Assembly: GCF_036365525.1 (NCBI RefSeq)
Contig: NC_090411.1
Coordinates: forward strand, 33,450,804 to 33,514,803
Length of the DNA stretch: 64,000 nt
Direction: 5' to 3'
Origin: Heterodontus francisci
Lineage: Eukaryota
Part shown: positions 11,165-24,655 of the stretch, piece by piece
Position numbering within the stretch: position 1 is the stretch's first letter
Layout of the letters: each line of letters begins with the position of its first letter
The notes under the pieces: model-generated
Told to the model about the DNA's origin: nothing
The model's input: the letters and a program-made list of their open reading frames with translations, nothing else
Database searches by the model: none
Position numbers and translations under genes: made by a program

Positions 11165-13920
11165 AGTCATTTACAGCACAAAAGGAGGCCATTCGGCCCA
11201 ACAAGTTCATGTCGGCTCTCCCCAGCTCGATCCCCGTAGGCCTGCAAGTCTATTTCCCTCAGGTGGCCATCCAACTTCCTCTTGAACTCATTGATTGTAT
11301 CCACTTCCACCACCCTCGTGGGCAACAAGTTCCAGGTCATTACCACCCGTAGCATAAATAAAGTTCTTCCTCATATTTCTCCTGCATCTCTTGCTCAAAA
11401 CTTTCAATCAGTATCCCCTAGTCCTTGTACCATTTGCTAAGGGAAAAAAGTTTTTACTTGTCTAACTTATCTAAGCCTGTCATAACCTTGTTCACTTCCA
11501 TTAAATGTCCCCTCAATCTCCTTTGAACTGTGGAGAACAAAACCCAGCTTTTCCAACCTAACTTGTAACTAAAAGCCTCCATCCCTGGAACTATTCTGGT
11601 AAATCTCCTCTGCACCCTCTTGAGGACCCTCACATCCTTCCTGAAGTGTGGTGACCAAAACTGGATGCAATACTCTAGTTGGGGCCTAACTAGAGATTTA
11701 TAAAGGTTCAGCATAACTTCCCAGCTGTTGCACTCAATGTCTCTATTTATGAAGTCCAACAGGCCAAAGGGCCTGTTTCAGTGCTGTATCCCTAAATATA
11801 AAAATATGAATATAAATCCCATTTGATTTACTAACCGCGCTCTCAGTATGTCCTGCCACCTTCAAAGATCGATGTGCATGCACTCTCAGACCCCTCCATT
11901 CTTTCAAACTCTTTGGAACTGTGCCATTAAGTATATATTGCATTTCCCTGTTGCTTTTGCCAAAATGCATCACCTCACACTTGTCAGTATTAAATTAAAT
12001 CTGCCACCTCTCTGCCCATTCTTCTGCTAGCCTAGGTCCTGTTGCAGGTGGTTGATATCCTCACTGTTCACTACACCTCCAAGTTTGGTGTCGTCAGCAA
12101 ATTTTGAGATACTGCTCTGTATTCCAAGATCCAACTCATTTATATATAGCAAAGAAAAAACAGTGGTCCCAGCACCTTTTCTTCTTTTGGGCCTCCTTAT
12201 CTCGAGAGACAATGGATACGCGCCTGGAGGTGGTCAGTGGTTTGTGAAGCAGTGCCTGGAGTGGCTATAAAGGCCAATTCTGGAGTGACAGGCTCTTCCA
12301 CAGGTGCTGCAGAGAAATTTGTTTGTTGGGGCTGTTGCACAGTTGGCTCTCCCCTTGCGCCTCTGTCTTTTTTCCTGCCAACTACTAAGTCTCTTCGACT
12401 CGCCACAATTTAGCCCTGTCTTTATGGCTGCCCGCCAGCTCTGGCGAATGCTGGCAACTGACTCCCACGACTTGTGATCAATGTCACACGATTGCATGTC
12501 GCGTTTGCAGACGTCTTTATAACGGAGACATGGACGGCCGGTGGGTCTGATACCAGTGGTCCCAGCACCGACCCTTAGGAAACACCACTGTCTACCATCC
12601 TCCAGTCTGAAAAACAACTATTGACTACGACTCACTGTTTTCTGTCTAAAGCAATTTTTTTATCCAATTGTACACTGACCCTCCTATTCCATGAGCCTCA
12701 ATTTTGTTAATCAGCCTTTTATGTGGTACTTTTTCAAATGCTTTCTTAAAATCCATATAAACAACATCCACCGCAGTTCCTTCATCAACCTTTCTCTGTT
12801 ACCTCATCAAAAAATTCAATTAGATCTGCCTTTTACAAATCCATACTGGCTATCCTTAATTAACTCGAACCTCTCTAAGTGTTATTGATATTTTCCTGAT
12901 TATTGTTTCTAAAACCTTACTCACCACTGATGTTAAACTAACTGGCCTGTAGTTGCTAGGACTGTCCTTGCACTCTTTTTTGAGTCACATTTGCCATTCT
13001 TCTAGTTGGGCTGAGAATATACTGATCAAGTAAGTTCTCTTGAGCACATTTTAGAAATTCCTCTCCTTCCTTACCCTTTACTCTAAAGTTATCCCAAATC
13101 GATACATGGGTAATAAAGTCCCCCAATATCACCATTCTATAGTTCTTGCACATCTCTGTGATTTCCCTGCAGATTTCCTCCTCTATCTCTATCTCACTAT
13201 TTGGAGGCCTATAGAATATCCCCGTAGTGCGATCATACCCTTTTTGGTCCTCAACTCTAACCAGATGAATTCTGTCCTTCCCCCTTCAAGGGCATCCTTC
13301 CTTTTCAGCACTGCAATGTCTCCCTAATCAGCACCGCACCCCACCTCCCATTTTTTCTTCTCTATATTTTCTGAACACATATCCTTAAGCACCTAGTCCT
13401 CACCATTTCTAAGCCATGTTTCCATTATTGCCACTACATCATATTCCCATACTGCTATTTGTGCTTGTAGCTCACCAAATTTATTCACCACACTTTGCAC
13501 ATTTACACACATGCATTGTAACCCTGTCCATACATTCCTCGTAGGCCTTATCAGTCCACTCCCAACTAATATGGAACTACTCCCTTCTCCCTTCTCTAGT
13601 ATTAACACTCTCACTCTGACCCCACCTTATACTTTGCTATTTCCTACTATAGTTTTATCTTTCTCTTCTAATTCTCTATGCCCCTTGGTGTTCCTCTCTT
13701 GTATTATCTCCTGGTTCCCACACTCCTGCCAAGTTAATTTAAATCCTCCCCAATATCACTAGCAAATCACCCGCAAGGAAATTTGTTCCAGCTCTGTTCA
13801 GGTGCAACCCGTCTGGTCTGTACAGGTCCCACCTTCTCCAGAACTGGTCCCAGTGCCCCAGGAGTCTAAAGCCCTCCCTCCCGCACCAACTTTCCAGTCA
13901 TGCACTATCCTCCTATTTCT
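11165..13920 (-). mobile_element. Long CR1 LINE remnant with internal deletions (ORF1 esterase end, endonuclease, RT, 3' end)
   Basis: Endonuclease start CMCVNVQSVVNK...DVVAIMETWL, RT ISKFADDTKLGG, LYKSLVRPQLEYC. An esterase-like end (GHWDQFW...DLYRPDGLHL) lies near 13800-13860. Confidence 0.8.
12177..12553 (-). mobile_element. 5'-truncated RTE-clade LINE nested in the CR1 element
   Basis: GIRPTGRPCLRYKDVCKRDM...WRAAIK...CSTCGRACHSRIGLYSH is an RTE C-terminus with a C2H2 finger. Flanked by the 16-bp direct repeat cagtggtcccagcacc (12161-12176, 12554-12569). Confidence 0.85.
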
Positions 13921-14634
13921 ATACTTACTCTTGGATCTTGGGTCTTGGATAAGTGTTTGTCGAGGCAGAACATGAAAGATGCAGGAAAAGGGGCAGGGAA
14001 ATAGGGATAGAATAGAGCTCCAGCACAGGCACGAAGGACTGAATGACCTCCTTTTGTGCTGCAATTACTGCAATTGAATTAGGGGAGTAAAGGAGAATAT
14101 TCAACAGGAAATATGTCAAAATTGATGTTAACAATTTACTAATTTTACATCATAATTATGCAGGATTTGCCAAGTGGGAATGAATAGAATTTTTCTCTCT
14201 CTCTCGGCAAATCACATGTGCTAAAATTGTAATGAGAGGTCAATAAATTGTGATTGAAATTGAGAGTGTTGTTCTCACTGTGCAATCCCCAATGAAATGG
14301 AGCTAGGTGAGTGAAGCTGAGAGAGATTCGATGGGGGCGGAGATGGGGGGCGGATCCCAGTAGCAGGTCCTGATGCTAAAGCTGGCCTGTGGGTGTACAG
14401 AGTTCCGACAACTGAAAGCTACAGTCTGGTATTTGTGGTTTCGACTTTATTTTGGCAGCTCAATGGAGCTGCAAGAGAAAATGCCACTGAAAGCAAAGGC
14501 AGGTATGCTAATGGGAGATTTTTGCTGCGGGAATTTCTAAAGATGGGGAATTTAAGACCTTGGAAACACTGGACTCTCTGTCACTGGATGGCGGGATTGC
14601 AGAAAAGGTTACCTGTGCCACGCACTGCTCTGGC

Positions 14635-14985
14635 AAGGCCAGCATTTGTTGCCCTTGACAACTGAGTGGCTTGCTAGGCCATTTTGGAGGGCAGTTAAGA
14701 GTCAACCACATTGCTGTGGGTCTGGAGTTACATGTAGGCCCAAATTAGGTAAGGGCAGCAGATTTCCTTCCCTAAAAGACATTAGTGAGCCAGATGGGTT
14801 TTTACAACAACGAGTGATAGCTTCATGGCACCATTACTAAGATTAGCTTTCAATTCCAGACTTTATTTATTAATTGAATGCAAATTCCACCAGCTGCCAC
14901 GGTGGGATTTGAACCCGTGTCCCTAGGGCATGAGCATGGGCTTCTGAATTACTAGTTCATTGACATTACCACTATGCCACCATCT
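14635..14985 (-). mobile_element. tRNA-derived SINE sharing its 3' tail with the LINE at 20074-21846
   Basis: Head tggcatagtgg...gggttcaaatccc, tail caagggcaacaaatgctggccttg. Other copies at 19812-20072 plus 21850-21990(-) and 59180-59480(+). Confidence 0.7.
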
Positions 14986-17900
14986 CCCCCTATACACCTA
15001 GTCCAGTACAGGGGAGCCCTAAGCAATATGGCGGGTGGCGCACCTCTGGTCCAGAATGACCATACACAAGTCGCCCGCTTTTCAGACCAAGTGCAATGGA
15101 GTGATTCCGTGATCTCTTGCCCCCAGCAGGAAGCGATGCTCACAAAGCAGAGCACAATGGAAAATCGTTCCTGTTCAGCCTCCCCGACATCAGTAGAAAA
15201 CACCCCTACAGCACCAATGCAGCATTTGTCTATTTCCCCACACAGCAGACATCCTGTGGCCTCATCGATGCTGAAAGGAGCAGAAAGAAAGACCTTGAAA
15301 AGAAGAACTTGCATTTCTATAGCATGCTCTACAACCACAGGAGGTCTCAAAGCGTTTCACATCTAATGAAGTGTGTGTATATATATATATTTTTTATTTG
15401 AAGTGTAATCACTGTTGTAATGTAGGAAACACAGCTGCCAATTTGTGCACTGCAAGCTCCCACAAACAGTAATATGATAAATGACGATGATCAGTTTTAG
15501 TGATGTTGGTTGAGGGGCAAATGTTGGCCCCAGGGCCCTGGGGAGAACTCCCCTGCTCTTCTTCGAAATAGTAGCTATTGGACTTTTTACGTCCACTTAA
15601 ACAGGGCAGACGGGGCCTCAATTTAAGGTCGCATTTTACACCCTGATATTTTTCCTTGAAACTGGATTGAGACTTACCCAATCTCATCTCACAGAGGACA
15701 CCTGCAGCCCACAGAGATAAACGATGCTCCACTAAATATTAAAAATTCACATAACTGTACTATTCCCTGCAGCTGCATCCCAAAAGGATTAAAATCACAT
15801 TATCTGGAACAAATGCACCAACACATTCCAGTGTAGTTCCTTAGTTTTTTTAAAAAACAAAAGTGCTAAAATCCCAAATGGTTAATAACCGTTATTCAAA
15901 CAGCAGGTAGAAGAGTGGGGAGGGCTGGACTGGACTGGACTGGGGTGGAGGGGATCACAACACCAGCAATACCACACGCCTTGAACGCTGTGAAGGTCAC
16001 GTAGAAACATGGAAAGATTTACAGCAGACAAGGTGACCATTCAGCCCATCATGTCTGTGCCGGCAAACATGCCCCGGTACGCAAAACCTTCCTTGGCAGA
16101 ATCAGGTGTGCAGATTGGTATTCCCGATCCAGCCAGGCATTTTAATTATTAATCATTGGAACACTGGGGGCACTGACCCGACAGCCAGTTCTGCAATGGG
16201 TACATGGCTGACCTGCCTCCACTTAACGGAACCCACATCGCTATTTCAACCCCCGGGACATCTGTTTATCAAAGATGTTACATGGCAGGGGGTGGGTGAG
16301 GAGGACGGAGGTTAGGCATATTCATACCGAAATCGTGAACCCATTCCTACAGTTCCAACACTGTGACAAGACATAAAAACAGCAAGAGGAATCAATCTCC
16401 AGTTCACTGCACCTTCCAAGTTGCACATAGTCAGCCGAATTACTATTGCAGTTATTATCAGACAGCAGTAAATGCCTTTATTTTAATATAACAAAAGAAC
16501 TCCACTAGTGACAAATATATCAGTGAGCCAGTTACTTCCTAATTTGAGTATTGCAAAACCAACAGGCAAACGCATTTGAAAAATCTTACACCGATCTCTT
16601 GCTCGATTCTTACCTGCCAGTAGTGTGACTTGCCAGCTGCAACATCCGATTAAACTGTTTCTTCATCATTTTTAAACTGCTTTTTCTTTATGTGTATATA
16701 TATATATATATATGTACTTTAGTTCACTTGGAGTTGTAGTCTCTGCTGTTACTGCACGGTCCAGTTAGTGGGCAGGAGCTCAGCGTATTTCTGCTCCCTC
16801 CCACAAAAGACGAAAATGAAACTTGCCTTTAAAGCCACAGGGATGCTTATAAATCACTTTGTTTGTAAGAAAACAGTGAAATTTGATGTGAAACCTTTTC
16901 CCATTGTTTCTGTGGTGATCGTCCCTCCAAATTGGATGCGTTATCTGAGGTATTCGTTCTTTTTTTTAAATAAAGAGACATCTTCCACTCATGCCACAAC
17001 TTGCCATTCCACAGCCAGTCAGTTGCTTTGAAAGTATTCTTGTTTTATATATAGGGAAGGTGGGGGAACACGAGGCAGTCGATTTCGACACAGCAAAGTC
17101 CCCTAAAACAGCAATGACTGTGCAACTAATAGATTTTGTTGCACAAAGAACTTGTTACAAGGAACATAGCGACAGGAGAAGGCCATTCACCCCTCTCTCG
17201 AACCTATTCTGCCATTCAGTTCCATCGTGGCTGATGTCTCTTAGTTCCATCTACTCGCCTTGGTTTCAGAACCTTTAATACTCTTGCCTCACAAAAATCT
17301 ACCAATCTCAGTTTTGAAATTTCCAATTGTCCCCCCACTCTGCTGCCTCAACAGCTTTTTTGGAGGAGAGAGTTCCAGATTTCCACTCCCCTTTGTGTGA
17401 AGAAGTGCTTCCCGACATCACCACTTGAACCCCCTTGTTCTGGACTTCCCCCAATCAGCTGAAAAGGTTTCTCTCTGTCGCGACCCCATCAACTCCTTTA
17501 ATCATTCTAAAACATCGCCATTTGATCACCTCTTAATCTTGTATATTTAAGGGGATACAAGCCGAGTCTATGCAGCCTGTTTTATAATTTGACCCTCTCA
17601 GTCCCCTAATGGAATTGGATGTCCTTTTTTTGTGTCTGTTCAGCTTGAATAGGGAGGAGAGTGATAAAGGACCGAGGAACTGATGGTTCAAACAGAGCCC
17701 ACTGGAGAATGTACAAGAGAGGTAAATAAATACTGTGCGAGGCACGGGAAGTGACTGAGAAGGAGAGAAAGGCAGTGATATTTAGAAGTGTCAGGACAGT
17801 AATCAGGGTGTGTGTTCAAATAGTTTAGTTATCATAGGGCAGATGCAGAGTAGAGCTCCTTCCATCTTTCCTCGGCTATGATTCTCAATCCTCCGACAAC

Positions 17901-20073
17901 CCTCTGAGATCTCTGCACTCCTCCAATTCTGGCCTCTTGTGCATCCCCGACTTTAATTACTCCACCATTGGCGCTTTGTCTTCAGCTGCCTGGGCCCTAA
18001 TTTCTGGAATTCCCTCACTAAACCTCTCTGCCCCTGAAAACTTTCTTCTTTAACCAAGCTTTTGGTCACCTGTCTTAATATCTCCTGATGTGGCCCTGTT
18101 TCAAACTTTGTCTGATAAACACTCCTGTGAAGCCCCTTGGGACATGTTTACGATGCTAAAAGCGCTATATAAAAGCAAGTTGTCGATGTTTTTGTTAACT
18201 GGTTTTAGGGAATTCAAGGGGGCCAATCTCGTGGGCCAAGTACCAAGCTGCGAGTTGCTCAGCCTAATGCAAGCAGTGTGCACTATGTAAGCTTTGCTGA
18301 TTTGCTCTGGTTATGTTGCATTGTAATGTTGCAGACAGGTGTTGCACATTGTGCCCCAGACAAATGTAGAGCGCGATTCATTTCCTGAAGCCTTTTGTTG
18401 TGCTGAATTATTGCAGTGAAAGCCTCATTTTCGAGTCAGCTGTGGCTCAGTGGATATCTCTTCCACCTCTGAGTCAGATGGTTTGTGGGTTCAAGTGCAA
18501 CTCCAGGGACTTGAGCATAAAATCTTGGCTGACACTCCCACTGCAATACAGAAGGAGTGCTGCAAGTCTGAAGCACTGTCTTTCAGATGAGACATTAAAC
18601 CATCTGCTCTCTCGTGTAGACGATCCTGTGGTATTATATTGAAGAAGAGCAGGGGCCTTTCCCCCAGTTTCCTGGCGGATATTCATTGCTTAACCAACAT
18701 CACTAATACTAGAATATCATATTGCTGTTTGTGGGAGCTTGCTGTGTGCAGATGGGTTGCCACATTTCCTACATTACAACAGTAACTCCATTGCGAATTA
18801 CTTCATTGGCTGTCAAGGGCTTTGGAGTGTCTGGAGGATGTGAAAGGGGTTATAGAAATCAGGTCCTCCTTTCCTTTTAGCTGCTCATGCACCACATACA
18901 AAACAAATACTCAAACTGCAAAATACATCAGCAATAACTTGCATTTATATAGGGCCTTTAACACAGTGATGTGTCCCAAGGCACTTCACAGAGGCGACAT
19001 CAGCCAAATCTGACATCAAAAATTTGGCACTGAACCACATAAGGAGATATTAGAACACGCGACCAAAGGTTTGGTCCAAGAGGTAGTTTTTAAAGGGTGT
19101 CTTAAAGGAGGAGACAGAGATAGAGAGGTGGAGAGGTTTCAGGGAATTCAAGACTTAGGCAGCTACTGGGAGAAACAGTTATTGATCTGAGATACAGATT
19201 AACCCAGATTTAACTGAATGGGGGAAGAGGCTTGAGGGGCTGAATGGCCTCCTCCTGTCCCTATCCTATTCAATCTGTGTTCCTTCATTATAATAATATT
19301 CCCTCCAATTTCCTTCTCTTTTCTTGGAGACAGTGCTGCCCACTTGGATACAATTCCCTAGTGTGTCAACCATCTCCACTTCTGAACATTGGCAGGCTAT
19401 TCAACTGTGAGGGCAGCACCTCAGCCAAGCCCAATGAAATCTGTACCCGACGTGCACTTCAGTCAGTCGTTAGAAATCAATCAGGTGAGGTAAGTCTGAC
19501 TAATGTTCCTTCGCTCCAGTCCAAGGAAATGGAAATGTTCCCTGAAAGTTTAATTATCTAGCTATCTTCCGTGCATCAGGACAGTATGTTTGGTAATATA
19601 ATTGTGCTGAAGAGGAAGTCTAATCATGTGAACTGCCACATAGTTCCATGGACTGTGAAAGGGGAAACTCCGATAGTTTTATTGGTGATTGTCAATCCTG
19701 CATGGTTCCTGTTTCATGTAGGGGGTGAGATAGCTTGGGAGCAGTGATTTTGAGTTGAAGTCTCTCTCAATAGCATTACACTCAATGATACTATGAATTG
19801 TGTTTTTACTCAAGGCCAGCATTTATTGCCCACTCTAAATTGCCCTTGAGAAGGTGGCGGTGAGCCATCTTCTTGAATATAAATGTATGGCTTGCTAGAT
19901 CATTTAAGATGTGTATGTGATGTCTCATATAGAGGCCAGACCAGTTAAGCATGGCAGATTTCCTTCTCTAAAGGACATTAGTGAAACAGATGGGGTTTTA
20001 CAGCAATCCAATAGTTTCTTGACTACCGTTATTGATACAAGCTTTTTTATTCCAGATTTATTTAACTAACTGA

Positions 20074-21846
20074 CAGGAGGAGGTGGCTCCACAAACATAC
20101 CCATCCTCAATGATGGGGGAGCTCAGCACATTAGTGCAAAAGATAAGGCTGAAGCATTTGCAACAATCTTCAGTCAGAAGGGCCGAGTGGGTGATCTGTT
20201 TCGACCTCCTCCTGAAGTCCCCAGCATCACAGATGCCAGTCTTCAGCCAATTCGATTCACTCCGTGTGATTTCAAGAAATGACTGACGACACTGGATACT
20301 GCAAAGGCTATGGTCCTTGACAACATTCCGGCAATAGTACTGAAGATCTGTGCTCCAGAACTTGCCGCGTGCTTAGCCAAGCTGTTCCAGTACAGCTACA
20401 ACACTGGCATCTACCCGGCAATGTAGAGAATTGCCCACATATGTCCTGTACACAAAAAGCAGGAGAAATCCAATCTGGCCAATTACCGCCCCATCAGCCT
20501 ACTCTCGATCATCAGTAAAGTGATGGCAGGTGTCGCCAACCGTGCTATTAAGCAGCACTTGCTTAGCAATAACCTGCTCAGTGACGCTCAGTTTGGGTTC
20601 CGCCAGGGCCACTCAGCTCCTCATTACAGCCTTGGTTCAAACATGGACAAAAGAGCTGAACTCAAGAGGTGAGGTGAGAGTGACTGCCCTTGACATCAAG
20701 GCAGCATTTGACCGAGTAGGGCATCAAGGAGCCCTAGCAAAACTGGAGTCAATGGGAATCAGGGGGAAAACACTCCGCTGGTTGGATTCATACCTAGTGC
20801 AAAGGAAGATGGTTGTGGTTGTTGGAGGTCAATCATCTCATCTCCAGGACATCACTGCAGGAGTTCCTCAGGGTAGTATCCTACTCCCAACCTCCTTCAG
20901 CTGCTTCATCAATGACCTTACTTCAATCATAAGGTCAGAAGTGGGGATGTTCGCTGATGATTGCACAATGTTCAGCACCATTCACAACTCCTCAGATACT
21001 GAAGCAGTCCGTGTAGAAATGCAGCAAGACCTGTATAATATCCAGGCTTGGGCTGAGAAGTGGCAAGAAACATTCGCACCACACAAGTGCCAGGCAATGA
21101 CCATCTCCAACAAGAGAGAATCTAACCATTTCCCCTTGACATTCAATGACATTAGGATTGCTGAATCCCCCACTATCAACATCCTAGGGGTTACCATTGA
21201 CCAGAAACTGAATTGGAGTAGCCAATAAATACCATGGCTACAAGAGCAGGTCAGCGGCCAGGAATCCTGCGGCGAGTACCTCACCTCCTGACTCCCCAAA
21301 GCCTGTCCACCATCTACAAGGCACAAGTCAGAAGAGTGATGGAATACTCTCCACTTGCCTGGATGGGTGTAGTTTCAACAACACTCAAGAAGCTCGACAC
21401 CATCCAGGACAAAGCAGCCCGATTGATTAGCACCCCATCCACAAACATTCATTCCCTCCACAACCGATGCACAGTGGCAGCAGTGTGTACCATCTACAAG
21501 ATACACTGCAGCAATGCACCGAGGCTCCTTAGACAGGATCTTCCAAACCCGTGACCTTTACCACCTGGAAGGACAAGGGCAGCAGATGCATGGGAACACC
21601 ACCACCTGCAAGTTCCCCTCTAAGCCACACACCATCCTGACCTGGAACTGTATCGCCGTTCCTTCACTGTCGCTGGGTCAAAATCCTGGAACTCCCTTCC
21701 TAACAGCACTGTGGGTGTACCTACCCCACATGGACTGCAGCGGTTTAAGAAGGCAGCTCACCACCACCTTCTCAAGGGCAATTAGAGATGGGCAATAAAT
21801 GCTGTCCTAGCCAGCGATACCCACATCCCATGAATGAATAAAAAAA
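20074..21846 (+). mobile_element. 5'-truncated non-LTR retrotransposon (CR1/L2-group RT), decayed, nested in a SINE
   Basis: RT motifs NYRPISLLS, LDIKAAFDRV, GVPQGS, MFADD, with frameshifts and stops. Ends catgaatgaataaaaaaa. An older copy lies at ~43020-44140. Confidence 0.9.
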
Positions 21847-22710
21847 TTTGAATCATTGCCCCCAGTTTAATGCCAATAAATCTTGCTCATCACATTAATG
21901 TGCTAGCATGGGAGATTTAAACTCATGTCACCAGATCATTAGTCCAGGCCTTTGGATTACTCGTCTGTAACATAGCCACTATGCTACCATTGGGACTGAG
22001 CTCCATAGGCCTTTGATTCCATAGTATGATCTACAACTCAAAATGGCCGAGGCAGAGCTTCCTAACAAATGTTTATTTCTGTTTTCTTAAGCACAGTATC
22101 AAACAGAATTTGCTGATAAATCAATCACCTCATCTGGTACTGAGGCACAAAGGCCAGGAAAGGGCCCCAGGTTCAATCCTTTGGTTCTGTGCTGGATTAT
22201 CTGGTCCTAGCCTGATGGAGGCAGTAAGGTGGGAGAAAGATAGGGTGCTGGCGGGCAAGGACGTAACAGTTGACCTCATTACCACTACACCAGCAAGGAT
22301 TATCTGCGTGACAGGATGTGGAAAAGTGCCCCAAGGTTGTGCATTGGATGAGGACAGGGCCGCGATTAGGCCTAGATGGCCCCTCCACGGTTGAATAGCC
22401 TGCTGAGTTTCAGCGGGCATGAAGGGCAACCATTTGGGCAAGGGGATGGGTAGGTCTGCTGACACCAGTGCCCCAGCCCAGAAGGCAGGGGGATTTTGCT
22501 TTCACATAACTAGGTTGCTTTTTTTGTCATTAAGGAAGTCAGTTTTGCAAGAAAGTGTGACTGAGGCAATCACCTTTTGGTGTAGAATAAGAGCATTGCA
22601 GAAACCAAGTCGTGCAATTTACCCACCTTCCTTCAGCATTGCAAAATTCAGCATTTCTCAAAGCAAAAAAGCAATTGTCAAAGGGGAGTAGTGTTAGGGA
22701 GTGGATATTT

Positions 22711-24655
22711 TTTTTTTTATTTCCAAAATATACTTTATTCATAAACATCTGTAAAATTTACATTGCCAGACAGTTTCCAAACAGCACCAAAAAATACAAA
22801 CATTGCAAGGGAGATCAGTTTCCTTCAATACTGTCATGAGTTTCTTCCCAACCGTTCCGTTTCACAATTCTCATGTCAATTACAGTTTTACATTTACAGC
22901 AATTGAGAATATTAACGATACAGTTCGAGGGGTTTCCCATGGATCCAGCCCCTCAGTCCAGCTTGGTGGGGGAACCTTACACTGTGGTCTTTCCCCATTG
23001 AGCCTTTGCTGCGGCTGCCCCAAGCTTTAGTGCGTCCCTCAGCACGTAGTCCTGGACCTTGGAATGTGCCAGTCTGCAACATTCGGTGGTGGACAACTCT
23101 TTGCGCTGGAAGACCAGCAAGTTTCGGGCAGACCAAAGGGCGTCTTTCACCGAATTGGTAGTCCTCCAGCAGCAGTTGATGTTTGTCTCGGTGTGCGTCC
23201 CTGGGAACAGCCCGTAGAGCACAGACTCCTGTGTTACAGAGCTGCTTGGGATGAACCTTGACAAAAACCACTGCATCTCTTTCCACACCTGCTTTGCAAA
23301 GGCACATTCCAGGAGGAGGTGGGCGACCGTCTCTTCCCCACCACAGCCAACGCGGGGGCACTGTGCGGAGGGGGCGAGACTTCGGGTGTGCATGAAGGAT
23401 CTGACGGGGAGGGCCCTTCTCACCACCAGCCAAGCTACGTCTTGGTGCTTGTTTGAAAGTTCTGGTGATGAGGCATTCCGCCAAATGACTTTGACGGTCT
23501 GCTCGGGGAACCATCCGACAGGATCCACCTTTTCCTTTTCCCGTAGGGCCTTGAGGACATTCCGTGCAGACCAGTGCCTGATGGACCGGTGGTCAAAGGT
23601 GTTTTTCCGCAGAAACTGCTCCACGAAGGATAGGTGGTACGGCGCCGCCCAACTGCATGGTGCGTTCCGCGGCAATGTGACCAGGCCCATCCTTCGCAAC
23701 ACCGGGGACAGATAGAACCTCAGCACGTAGTGACACTTGGAGTTTGCGTACTGGGGATCTACACATAGCTTGATGCAGCCGCACACGAAGGTGGTCATCA
23801 GGATGAGGGCCACGTTGGGTACATTTTTCCCGCCCATGTCCAGAGATTTGAACATCGTGTCCCTCCGGACCCGGTCCATTTTAGATCCCCAGACGAAGCG
23901 GAAAATGGCTCGGGTGACTGCCACGGCGCAGGAGTGGGGTATGGGCCAGACCTGCGCCACGCCTCGCACCTGATGACCAGGTTCTTACCCACAATGGAGA
24001 GAGATCGCTGCCCCCACATGCCCAACTTTTGTCGTACCTTGGCTACTCGCTCCTCCCATGTTTTGGTGCACGCCCCGGCCCTTCCGAACCATATCCCCAG
24101 CACCTTCAGGTAATCTGACCTGACGGTGAAGGGGACAAAGGATCGGTCAGCCCAGTTCCCAAAGAACATGGCCTCGCTCTTGCCGTGGTTAACTTTGGCT
24201 CCCGAGGCCAGTTCGAACTGGTCGCAGATGCTCATCAGTCTGCGCACGGACAGCGGATCCGAGCAGAAGACGGCGACGTCATCCATGCACAGGGAGGTTT
24301 TGACCTGAGTGCCTCCGCTGCCTGGGATTGTCACCCCTCTTATGCTCGCATCCTTCCTAATAGACTCAGCAAAGGGTTCAATACAGCAAACAAACAAGAC
24401 CGGGGACAGAGGACAGCCCTGTCTGACTCCAGATTTGATCGGGAAACTTTCCGATTCCCACCCGTTGATTGACACTGCGCTACTGATGTTTGTGTAGAGC
24501 AGTTGGATCCAATTGCAGATTCCCTCCCCAAACCCCATTTTGGAAAGCACGTCCATCATGTAGGTGTGCGATATCCTGTCAAAAGCCTTCTCCTGGTCCA
24601 GGCTGATGAGGCAGGTGTCCACCCTCCTGTCCCGTACGTAGGCGATCGTATCCCT
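22711..24655 (-). mobile_element. 5'-truncated L1/Tx1-clade LINE, young copy
   Basis: RT (SLDQEKAFDRI, GVRQGCPLSP, CMDD) and C-terminal zinc finger (CPRVGCGGEETVAHLLLEC). Poly(A) tail at ~22711-22718, 12-bp TSD gagtggatattt (22699-22710, 24656-24667), one frameshift near 23965. Confidence 0.95.

Noticed and set aside
14974-15401. Overlapping ~130-aa ORFs
   Set aside because: Lie between two SINEs with no splice or motif support.
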